Positions 22,407 through 29,166 are shown, numbered from the stretch's first letter. The stretch is 32,000 nt of DNA from Opitutales bacterium (GCA_965219535.1 CBDCNV010000002.1:1410001-1442000); one strand, 5' to 3'. The notes: generated from the letters alone by a model not told the origin. Program-made: numbers and translations.

Positions 22407-23288
22407 TCAGGCTTTCCGGTTTTCCGGACCTCCGGTTCCCTGGTAATCATACTTCTTGTTCCGGCTGATGTAGTCGATCGGCCCTTTCACGAACTTTGTT
22501 GTGGTTTTCAAGGGGCTCCCTTCGAAAAGGGCTTCCGACCCTTTTAGAAATCGGAGCGAATTATTGGTATGCCACCAACGGACAAAGTGGACCATGGCGA
22601 TCATCGGCCGTGGGGTGTCGGTGTGATTGGGCATGCCGCGATGCCAGAGGCGCATGTCGCGGATGACTACGCCCCCAGCGGGGACGTTGGGTTGGAGGGG
22701 CTCGACTTCGGCGCGCCGTCTCGCCTCGTCTTCGGGCGGGATCTTGATATCTTTTTCATCGAACGAGCGGGTGGTATCGAGGTGGGTGCCGGGCCAGATC
22801 TCGGTGCTGCCATTTTCTGGGGTCATGTCGACTACCGGGACATTGACGACGAGGGCATAAGCGGGGGTAGCCGTTTTGAGACCGGGCCACAGCTGGCCGT
22901 AGTCGACGTGCAACGGTTGCTGAGTCTCGTTCGGCAGGCAGGTGTTACCGCTGTACATGTTGTTTTTCACCCCTTCGCCAAGCGTGGCCCTCGTGATTTG
23001 GACGACGAAGTCATTGAAGAGGACATCGCGGAAGAGGTAAGGGGGAAACGGTGGCGGGTCCTGTTGCAAGTGACCGTCGTTGAATTGAAAAGGGACATTG
23101 TCGAGTGCGAGGATGTCGGCGACATCAGCGACCATGCGCTCGCCCAGGGCCTCGATGTGTTTTGAGGAAATGACATCATGGAGAATAACGAAGCCGTCCT
23201 CGCGAAGCGCTTTAAGAGTAAGTTTTAAATGTTGGGCATCGAAGCTCTGGCTCTTTCGTTCATCCTCGCTGAGGTGTAATTCTAACAT
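22407..23288 (-). CDS. PhyH-family Fe(II)/2-oxoglutarate oxygenase, paralogue 3
   Basis: 293-aa ORF. HxD in QPLHVDYG; distal His in MRLWHRGMPNHTDTPR. GC-rich relative to most neighbours. Confidence 0.75.
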   Translation of the reverse strand: MLELHLSEDERKSQSFDAQHLKLTLKALREDGFVILHDVISSKHIEALGERMVADVADILALDNVPFQFNDGHLQQDPPPFPPYLFRDVLFNDFVVQITRATLGEGVKNNMYSGNTCLPNETQQPLHVDYGQLWPGLKTATPAYALVVNVPVVDMTPENGSTEIWPGTHLDTTRSFDEKDIKIPPEDEARRRAEVEPLQPNVPAGGVVIRDMRLWHRGMPNHTDTPRPMIAMVHFVRWWHTNNSLRFLKGSEALFEGSPLKTTTKFVKGPIDYISRNKKYDYQGTGGPENRKA

Positions 23289-23318
23289 CTGATCATTACA
23301 GAGAAATCAATAAGGGAT

Positions 23319-23357
23319 CATGTCGATCTTTTTGTAATTGAATAGGTGTCTGGTGTC
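23319..23357 (-). repeat. L module upstream of PhyH paralogue 3
   Basis: CATGTCGATCTTTTTGTAATTGAATAGGTGTCTGGTGTC (36 of 39 identical to the other copy), 30 nt from the start codon. Confidence 0.8.
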
Positions 23358-23394
23358 CCTTCGACTTCGCTCAGGGCAGGCAGGGTGTCGAGGG
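23345..23394 (-). repeat. I module, long copy (inverted)
   Basis: A 39-nt core (23352-23390) is the exact reverse complement of the core of 17069-17129. Confidence 0.85.
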
Positions 23395-23412
23395 AGAAGC
23401 GCTAGCGCGCGT
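23384..23412 (+). repeat. N module
   Basis: GGTGTCGAGGGAGAAGCGCTAGCGCGCGT. Confidence 0.8.
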
Positions 23413-23422
23413 GTTTAAAAAA

Positions 23423-23451
23423 GTCTAACGTCGAAGGTCGAAAGTCGAAGG
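23423..23451 (+). repeat. C module
   Basis: GTCTAACGTCGAAGGTCGAAAGTCGAAGG. Confidence 0.85.
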
Positions 23452-23465
23452 CAGGGGAGGGGATT

Positions 23466-23535
23466 AGTAAACAGTGAACAGTGAACAGTGAACAGTGAAA
23501 GAGCGCTGACGCGCGCGTTAAGATTTAGGTTAAAG
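23466..23535 (+). repeat. Composite A-H-D module copy 2
   Basis: AGTAAACAGTGAACAGTGAACAGTGAACAGTGAAAGAGCGCTGACGCGCGCGTTAAGATTTAGGTTAAAG. Confidence 0.85.
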
Positions 23536-23568
23536 ATATCGGTATCGAAATCGGGATCGGGTGTCGAG
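23535..23568 (+). repeat. P module
   Basis: GATATCGGTATCGAAATCGGGATCGGGTGTCGAG. Confidence 0.65.
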
Positions 23569-23691
23569 TATCAGGAAATAACGTTTTTTTAAATCCGCAA
23601 CTTGTCACGCCGTAGCTGGCGAAGGCGGATCCGCATTCCTCAATCCGCAATCGATTGACATCCATAATCCGTCGATTAGCGTTGAAATCGC

Positions 23692-24597
23692 GTGAGTGAA
23701 TCTGAGACACCTGTGCTGACGAGTGAAGAGGTTGGTAAATTTTTAAATGATGGGTTTTTCATCGTTCGGGATCTGTTACCGCCCGCGGCGATTCAGCCAT
23801 TTATCGATGAATTAGTACTGAAAGTCGACGTGGCGGCAAATGCCGCCGTCGAAAAAGGTGTGCTCGACCCGGCAGATACCTTCGACGATGCGCCGTTTGA
23901 GACTCGTCTCGGTTTGATTTGCAAGGCATGCTCGGAGCGCAACTGGGTATGGAAGCATTACTTCGGTGAAGCGAGTATCTACGATGAGATACAAAAACCG
24001 CGATCGAATGGCATGTTTATCCTGCGAACCTGGCCATCGCTCCTGGATCTTGTCGAATCGGTAATCGGTCCCGAGATATTTGCCCACCCGCAATATAATA
24101 TTCGCACTAAACTTCCCGATCAGGTAGAGACTGTCATTCCCTGGCATCAGGACCTGGCCTTCTTGAACGCGAATGAGGTCGGCGATACCCTTGTCTTGAA
24201 TTTCTGGATTCCTCTTGTCGATGCGCGGGCTGAAAACGGTTGTATGCAGATGATGCGCGGGACCCACGCGCTGCCGCTGTTGCCCCACAATCTGCAGCTG
24301 CCGGTGCCTGACGGCAAGATACTCGTCGGCATCGAGGACCGTGATCTTCCAGACGGGGAGATTGTGACAGGCGAGATGAATGTCGGCGATGTGCTTATGA
24401 CCACTGAACGCGTCCTTCATCGATCGCTGCCCAACATCTCGGACACCGTCCGCTGGAGCGTTGATACCCGCTACAGCGCCCTGGGAAAACCGACCGGTCG
24501 CGACGACGTGCCGGGCTTTGTCGCCCGCAGCCGTGAACATCCTGACCGCGTCGCCCAATCAGCACGCGATTGGAAGCAAAAATTTGAAAACGTTTAA
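23692..24597 (+). CDS. PhyH-family Fe(II)/2-oxoglutarate oxygenase, paralogue 4
   Basis: 301-aa ORF with a GTG start at 23692. HxD in IPWHQDLAFL; distal His in RVLHRSLPNISDTVR. Confidence 0.8.
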   Translation: MSESETPVLTSEEVGKFLNDGFFIVRDLLPPAAIQPFIDELVLKVDVAANAAVEKGVLDPADTFDDAPFETRLGLICKACSERNWVWKHYFGEASIYDEIQKPRSNGMFILRTWPSLLDLVESVIGPEIFAHPQYNIRTKLPDQVETVIPWHQDLAFLNANEVGDTLVLNFWIPLVDARAENGCMQMMRGTHALPLLPHNLQLPVPDGKILVGIEDRDLPDGEIVTGEMNVGDVLMTTERVLHRSLPNISDTVRWSVDTRYSALGKPTGRDDVPGFVARSREHPDRVAQSARDWKQKFENV

Positions 24598-24626
24598 TTA
24601 CAATAACGAAGGAGAGGAATTAAAAG

Positions 24627-25277
24627 ATGACTAAAATTAAGCAGGAAGTACTGAATAAATTGCGTACTATTGATACGCCAACGATCTGTAATCTTGTTGA
24701 ACACTTTGAACTGCGTCCCCGTAACACGGGTTACATGGATGAGCGCATTAAAGCGTGTTATCCCGAAATGCCACCGATGGTCGGTTTTGCCCTGACCGCG
24801 ACCTATCGATCTTCGGCCCCACCTCCCGAGAATACCGCAATGACAATCAAAGAGCTGGCAGATGAAATCGAACAAATGAATAAAACGACGGGGCCGCCCG
24901 TCATCGTCGTTCAGGATCTAGATAATCCAACCGTTGCCGCAACCTTTGGCGAAATCATGTGTACTAAATGCCAGGTTTATGGAGCGGTCGGCCTTATCAC
25001 CAGCGGAGCGGGACGGGATCTCAACCAGGTCCGAGCGCTCGACTTCCCCGTCTTTACAAGCGGCACAATTTGCGCGCATGCCTACTGCCATCTCATTCAA
25101 TTCAACGTTCCCGTAAGTGTGGGAGGTATCACCGTCAACCCGGGTGATCTGCTTCATGGCGATCTTAATGGAGTAACGACAATACCTAACGCGATTGCGG
25201 AAGAACTGTCAGAAATGGGCGACGAATATCTCGCCAATGAGAAGAAGACATTAGCCGCCATTCGCAGTGAACGGTGA
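24627..25277 (+). CDS. RraA-like protein (RraA / 4-hydroxy-4-methyl-2-oxoglutarate aldolase / oxaloacetate decarboxylase family)
   Basis: 216-aa ORF, 29 nt after PhyH paralogue 4, with AAGGAGAGGA upstream. Family-typical segments VVVQDLD...ATFGEIM...GAVGLITSGAGRDL...DFPVFTSG. Confidence 0.75.
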   Translation: MTKIKQEVLNKLRTIDTPTICNLVEHFELRPRNTGYMDERIKACYPEMPPMVGFALTATYRSSAPPPENTAMTIKELADEIEQMNKTTGPPVIVVQDLDNPTVAATFGEIMCTKCQVYGAVGLITSGAGRDLNQVRALDFPVFTSGTICAHAYCHLIQFNVPVSVGGITVNPGDLLHGDLNGVTTIPNAIAEELSEMGDEYLANEKKTLAAIRSER

Positions 25278-25402
25278 ATCCAATTATGAATTAGGAGTTT
25301 AGAATTATGATGCGATGGCAGCTTTTCCATAGTGTATATTATAAATAATAAAAAAGAAACGATGACATTTAATTTCAATGTTTGACCCCTTTCCCGCGCC
25401 CC

Positions 25403-26854
25403 ATGAAGTCCAAAACCATCGCGTCAGTCGTCCTGCTACTGAGCGTTTTCGCAATGCCGCTAACCGCCACCGATCCCATCGCCATAGACTCGCGGCGGGA
25501 ACTGTTTATTGATCATCATTTGATCGGATCGCTCAACGGTGTGCGCCTCGTGTTGCATCGCCCGCAACCGCGCGAAATCGTCTTCGAGTTCGATCAGCCC
25601 TGGGAGGGACTCTACAGCGGGTACGAGACCGTGCTCAAAGACGGCGAGACCTACCGGTTCTATTATCGGGGGATGCCCGAAGCAAAACACGATCTCGATA
25701 CGGAAGTCATCTGTGTCGCGGATAGCAAAGACGGTATTCACTGGACGCGGCCCAAACTGGGCATATACGAAGTCCGCGGCACGAAAGACAACAACGTGGT
25801 GCTGGCGCGTAATCGCGGCTGCCACAACCTCGCACCGTTCATAGACACCAATCCGAATTGCCCGGCCGAAGAACGGTATAAAGCGCTGGGCGGGACCGGC
25901 GAACCGGGTCTGCTGGCCTTTGTATCGGCCGACGGTCTGCACTGGAAGCAACTCCAGGCGGACCCTGTAATCACCAAAGGCGCATTTGATTCCCAGAACA
26001 ACGCATTCTGGTCCGTCAGCGAAAAACAGTACGTTTGCTATTTCCGAGTCTTCCGGGATGGAATTCGTTGGATTGCGCGTACGACGTCGATGGATTTCGT
26101 CCACTGGACGGAACCGATCGACCTGGAGCTTGGCGGCCAGCCCCGCGAACACCTCTACACGAACCAGTTCGACCCCTACGTCCGAGCTCCGCACATCTAT
26201 CTGGGACTTCCTACGCGTTACCTGCCCGGGCGTCGTGTATTGACGGACGAGGAAGCCAAAGGGATCGGCACACCCACGAAATGGAACTACGTCGATGATA
26301 GTACGGACATCCTGCTTGCATCAGCACGCGGTGGTGACAACTTCCAGCGCACATTCATGGAGGCCTTTGTTCGGCCGGGAGCAGACCTGCAAAACTGGAC
26401 GTCACGAGCAAATTACGCGGCGCGCGGCATCGTGCAAACGGGCGAACGAGAATTGTCCCTCTTCGTGAAGCACCACTCCGGCTATCCCTCGAATCACGTC
26501 CAGCGCTATGTGATCCGACCGGACGGCTTTGTCTCCGTGCAAGCTCCTTACAACGGTGGCGAGTTGATCACCAAACCGTTCACCTTCACCGGCGCAAAGT
26601 TGTCGCTTAACTACGCCACTTCCGCTGTAGGTGGGATATTCGTCGAGATTCAGACTCCCGACGGTAAACCAATCGAAGGATTTGCACTTGCGGACTGCTT
26701 GGAAATGATCGGAGACCGGATATACCACACCGTAAACTGGAAAAAAGGTTCGGATGTGAATTCCCTGGCCGGCAAGCCCGTCCGAGTGAAGTTCGCAATG
26801 AAAGACGCCGACCTCTACTCGATGCAATTCACTAGCAGGGGAGGGACAAAGTGA
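25403..26854 (+). CDS. Secreted protein, predicted beta-propeller glycoside-hydrolase-like fold (function unknown)
   Basis: ORF 25382..26854. Start moved to ATG 25403 (MKSKTIASVVLLLSVFAMPLTA signal peptide). Repeated segments such as DQPWEG...YRFYYRG, SKDGIHWTRP, SADGLHWKQ and SMDFVHWTEP resemble blades of GH32/43-type propellers. The family assignment is from pattern memory only. Confidence 0.6.
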   Translation: MKSKTIASVVLLLSVFAMPLTATDPIAIDSRRELFIDHHLIGSLNGVRLVLHRPQPREIVFEFDQPWEGLYSGYETVLKDGETYRFYYRGMPEAKHDLDTEVICVADSKDGIHWTRPKLGIYEVRGTKDNNVVLARNRGCHNLAPFIDTNPNCPAEERYKALGGTGEPGLLAFVSADGLHWKQLQADPVITKGAFDSQNNAFWSVSEKQYVCYFRVFRDGIRWIARTTSMDFVHWTEPIDLELGGQPREHLYTNQFDPYVRAPHIYLGLPTRYLPGRRVLTDEEAKGIGTPTKWNYVDDSTDILLASARGGDNFQRTFMEAFVRPGADLQNWTSRANYAARGIVQTGERELSLFVKHHSGYPSNHVQRYVIRPDGFVSVQAPYNGGELITKPFTFTGAKLSLNYATSAVGGIFVEIQTPDGKPIEGFALADCLEMIGDRIYHTVNWKKGSDVNSLAGKPVRVKFAMKDADLYSMQFTSRGGTK

Positions 26855-26874
26855 ACGGTGAACAGTAAACAGTG
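26851..26874 (+). repeat. A module containing the stop codon of the preceding gene
   Basis: GTGAACGGTGAACAGTAAACAGTG. The TGA stop (26852-26854) is part of the first unit. Confidence 0.85.
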
Positions 26875-26902
26875 TACCGAGGGTATGTCCCGACATCTTC
26901 CA
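26874..26902 (+). repeat. G-element copy 11 (left end of MITE-like copy a)
   Basis: GTACCGA GGG-tatgt-CCC GACATCTTCCA. Confidence 0.9.
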
Positions 26903-27038
26903 TCCAGACCGAGCACCAAACATCAATTATCAAATCACAAATAAGCTCCAATGATTGAAATACCAATTCATGAAATAAATGAAAAGACAGTTTGGTTATT
27001 TATAATTGTAAATTGGATTTTATTTGAAATTTGTGATT

Positions 27039-27065
27039 GGGGGATGTCGGGCTTTGCCCTCGGTA
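27039..27065 (-). repeat. G-element copy 12 (right end of MITE-like copy a)
   Basis: Reverse complement reads TACCGA GGGC-aaa-GCCC GACATCCCCC. Confidence 0.85.
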
Positions 27066-27109
27066 GCTTTTTGTAATTTCTCGACTTGTCCTCGACTCCC
27101 CTGAACCCT

Positions 27110-27138
27110 GTACCGAGAGCGTAGCTCGACATCTTCCA
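27110..27138 (+). repeat. G-element copy 13
   Basis: GTACCGA GAGC-gta-GCTC GACATCTTCCA. Confidence 0.9.
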
Positions 27139-27149
27139 CCCTGAACCCT

Positions 27150-27177
27150 GTACCGAGGGTATATCCGACATCTTCCA
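27150..27177 (+). repeat. G-element copy 14
   Basis: GTACCGA GGG-tatat-CC GACATCTTCCA (one stem base missing). Separated from copy 13 by CCCTGAACCCTG. Confidence 0.85.
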
Positions 27178-27289
27178 CCGTGAACCGAGAGAGAAAAGAG
27201 AAGGAGTCAGACCCTGCATTTTCGCAATTATAATTTTGCAGGAACGCAGAGCCTAACCCCTTTAGACCTTCGTTAGTAATCACGCTCTC

Positions 27290-27844
27290 TTATTGATTAA
27301 TCTTAACCGTGACAGGTACCGTATTCTGTACCGTGTCAAAGATGACAGAGTGCTGGATAATCTCCTTTAACTCTTCTTCATCCGCATCAGATTGTATATT
27401 GAATCCAATCTCAATATCCTGAAACCCGGGACGCACCTTAGGATCTATTCCCAGTAAACCTTGAAGATCTAATTTTCCTTTAGCTTTTGATTTCATTTTA
27501 TATATCGTTATCCCTCTGGCAGCGGCATGATAGGCGATCGTCGTCGTTAAACATCCTGCTAGGGCATGCAGTAAATATTCAGCAGGATTCACGGCCTTGT
27601 CTGTTCCCAGAAGAGAAATAGGTTCATCATTGGTATATTCGAATTCCTGAGTCCGCGTTGTGTCTTCTTCCTTCGCTCCGTAGAAGCCTTTAAAGGTTGA
27701 TTTATTTATCGACCCATCGACCCAGGTGTTGTCAGCCCTGAATTCAAACTGGGCTAATTCAGGATCACTTTTCATGACTTCGATGTTTTCATTGAGTTGA
27801 GCGACGTCTACTCCGTTTACTTTTGTTTCTATTGTTTTGTTCAT
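27290..27844 (-). CDS. OsmC/Ohr-family peroxiredoxin-like protein
   Basis: 184-aa ORF with the conserved LLHALAGCLTTTIAYHAAARGI segment of the OsmC family. AT-rich compared with flanking genes. Confidence 0.8.
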   Translation of the reverse strand: MNKTIETKVNGVDVAQLNENIEVMKSDPELAQFEFRADNTWVDGSINKSTFKGFYGAKEEDTTRTQEFEYTNDEPISLLGTDKAVNPAEYLLHALAGCLTTTIAYHAAARGITIYKMKSKAKGKLDLQGLLGIDPKVRPGFQDIEIGFNIQSDADEEELKEIIQHSVIFDTVQNTVPVTVKINQ

Positions 27845-27878
27845 TTTTTGTCCTTTGTTGTGTTTTTATGGTTAATAT

Positions 27879-27892
27879 ACAGACATGTCTGT
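27879..27892. promoter_or_regulatory. Candidate TetR operator O2 (perfect palindrome ACAGACATGTCTGT) upstream of the osmC-like gene
   Basis: A perfect 14-bp palindrome lies in the 71-nt tetR-osmC spacer, 35 nt upstream of the osmC ATG. It has the same half-sites as the site upstream of tetR. Confidence 0.6.
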
Positions 27893-27915
27893 CTGTTTTA
27901 TTCGAAAAAAATATA

Positions 27916-28500
27916 TTATTTAATAAGCGACTCTACTTGCCTTATCGCGTGGCGTACAGGCCACAGTTCATGATATATCATCACCAGAGCAATCGCTCCC
28001 GTAAGTATGTTTAAGTAATCGTTTGTTAAGATTTCGACATCGAGATGTCTGTATTTTTTCCCGTCGGACTGTATAAGGTCAGATGAGATGTCTTTAATGA
28101 TTGCCTTCAAAGTTTCATAATGGAATTTACTCTCCTTTCTTACCGGATCTGCATGATTAGAGATCTCGGGCACCATACGAAGGAAACCGCAGCCGTGCAG
28201 CCCATTTTCTATAATCCATGGCTCAATACATTCAATCAAAGCCATAAACCTGGTCCGTGGAGTTTTCTTTTCGTGGATAGCAGCTTTTATATCCCGGATC
28301 TCCTTAATATTAAGATTGGTGATATACGCTAAGTTCAAGTGATCTTTAGTCGGAAAATGCGAATAGAATGTGGCCTTTGATACGTTTGCTTTCTTTATAA
28401 TTTCGTTCGTCCCGGTTTGATGATACCCCTGTTGGTAGAACAACTCTGTTGCCGTCTTCAAAATCCGGTCTCTCGCTGGACTGTCTTTCTTTACCATCAT
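27916..28500 (-). CDS. TetR/AcrR-family transcriptional regulator
   Basis: 194-aa ORF. N-terminal HTH RDRILKTATELFYQQGYHQTGTNEIIKKANVSKATFYSHFPTKDHL. It lies upstream of, and co-directional with, the OsmC-like gene. Confidence 0.9.
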   Translation of the reverse strand: MMVKKDSPARDRILKTATELFYQQGYHQTGTNEIIKKANVSKATFYSHFPTKDHLNLAYITNLNIKEIRDIKAAIHEKKTPRTRFMALIECIEPWIIENGLHGCGFLRMVPEISNHADPVRKESKFHYETLKAIIKDISSDLIQSDGKKYRHLDVEILTNDYLNILTGAIALVMIYHELWPVRHAIRQVESLIK

Positions 28501-28517
28501 TGAGCAAAGCTAAATAA

Positions 28518-28533
28518 GACAGACCTGTCTGTC
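28518..28533. promoter_or_regulatory. Candidate TetR operator O1 (GACAGAC-CT-GTCTGTC) upstream of tetR
   Basis: 7-bp inverted arms with a 2-nt centre, 18 nt upstream of the tetR ATG. It shares ACAGAC-NN-GTCTGT with O2. Confidence 0.6.
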
Positions 28534-28620
28534 AAGTATTTTTAAAAAAAAATGCCTATAAGCACAAACAGGTACTTTAACGTGTTAAATTTAAATAGGT
28601 TAGGACCTGTGTGGGGGGAT

Positions 28621-28646
28621 CAGTGAACAGTAAACGGTGAACAGTG
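28621..28646 (+). repeat. A module
   Basis: CAGTGAACAGTAAACGGTGAACAGTG. Confidence 0.85.
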
Positions 28647-28702
28647 GGAGAGTTGCGTGTTATTTCTAATGGAGATTATTATATTTCCCTGAACCCTGAA
28701 CC
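28639..28702 (+). repeat. Q module
   Basis: AACAGTGGGAGAGTTGCGTGTTATTTCTAATGGAGATTATTATATTTCCCTGAACCCTGAACC. Confidence 0.55.
28687..28702 (-). repeat. E module (C-strand)
   Basis: CCCTGAACCCTGAACC. Confidence 0.75.
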
Positions 28703-28727
28703 TCTTCATTCGTATATCGTTCTACCT

Positions 28728-28803
28728 GATATCCGACGTTTGATATCCGATGTTTGATGTGCAAGAAGTTAAATCAACATCGTATATCGCATATCAGATA
28801 TCA
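28728..28803. repeat. F module copy 3
   Basis: GATATCCGACGTTTGATATCCGATGTTTGATGT...ACATCGTATATCGCATATCAGATATCA, followed directly by the tail TAGATCGTATATCTTTC with no G-element. Confidence 0.75.
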
Positions 28804-28825
28804 TAGATCGTATATCTTTCTCCCT

Positions 28826-28885
28826 GTACCGAGGGCATAGCCCGCCTGTCGTCCATAGCCTTGTGCGACGGATGGACATCTTCCA
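28826..28885 (+). repeat. G-element copy 15, expanded (left end of MITE-like copy b)
   Basis: GTACCGA GGGC-ata-GCCC, then a 31-nt insert (GCCTGTCGTCCATAGCCTTGTGCGACGGATG, itself able to pair GTCCAT/ATGGAC), then GACATCTTCCA. Confidence 0.75.
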
Positions 28886-29015
28886 TTCAGACCGAGCACC
28901 AAACATCAATTATCAAATCACAAATAAGCTCCAATGATTGAAATACCAATTCATGAAATAAATGAAAAGACAGTTTGGTTATTTAATAATTGTAAATTGG
29001 ATTTTATTTGAAATT

Positions 29016-29041
29016 GGGGATGTCGGGCTTTGCCCTCGGTA
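29016..29041 (-). repeat. G-element copy 16 (right end of MITE-like copy b)
   Basis: Reverse complement reads TACCGA GGGC-aaa-GCCC GACATCCCC. Confidence 0.85.
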
Positions 29042-29109
29042 GTGATTTGATATTTTCTCGACTTCTCCCGGCATCTTCAACAGAGAAAATTATAAGTAAT
29101 TAAAAGAAG

Positions 29110-29137
29110 CGTGCTAGGGACAGCCCGCTCCACCTAA
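29110..29137 (+). repeat. O module, single copy upstream of the Gfo-AKR fusion gene
   Basis: CGTGCTAGGGACAGCCCGCTCCACCTAA vs 6088-6115 CGTGCTGGGACAGCCCGTTCCACCTAA. Confidence 0.8.
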
Positions 29138-29166
29138 AACCTAACACTGCGGGGCCGCGCACTTCA

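Larger units (their letters stand above)
26874..27066 (+). mobile_element. MITE-like element, copy a (G-elements as inverted termini, AT-rich core)
   Basis: 26892..27066 aligns to 28875..29042 with 1 substitution, a 1-nt indel and an 8-nt indel (TGTGATTG). No ORF. Confidence 0.7.
28826..29042 (+). mobile_element. MITE-like element, copy b
   Basis: See copy a. Same orientation; the left terminal G-element carries a 31-nt insert. Confidence 0.7.

Noticed and set aside
9946-24597. The possibility that one of the PhyH paralogues is a halogenase.
   Set aside because: All four retain Asp in the H-x-D motif (HQD, HPD, HVD, HQD). Halogenases replace it with Ala or Gly.
393-26926. Long antisense or out-of-frame ORFs inside confident genes (for example 393..917, 1574..2047, 12625..12927, 22569..23165, 23812..24558, 25460..26194, 26402..26926, 29164..29637).
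   Set aside because: Each overlaps a gene with clear family motifs on the other strand or frame. The translations are Arg/Ser/Gly-rich with no recognisable motifs, as expected for shadow ORFs in GC-rich genes.
26874-29042. Integron-like gene cassettes with G-elements as attC sites.
   Set aside because: No integrase gene or attI is present, and the conserved flanks (GTACCGA / GACATCTTCCA) do not match the attC core sites (RYYYAAC / GTTRRRY). The elements also occur in both orientations and in tandem.
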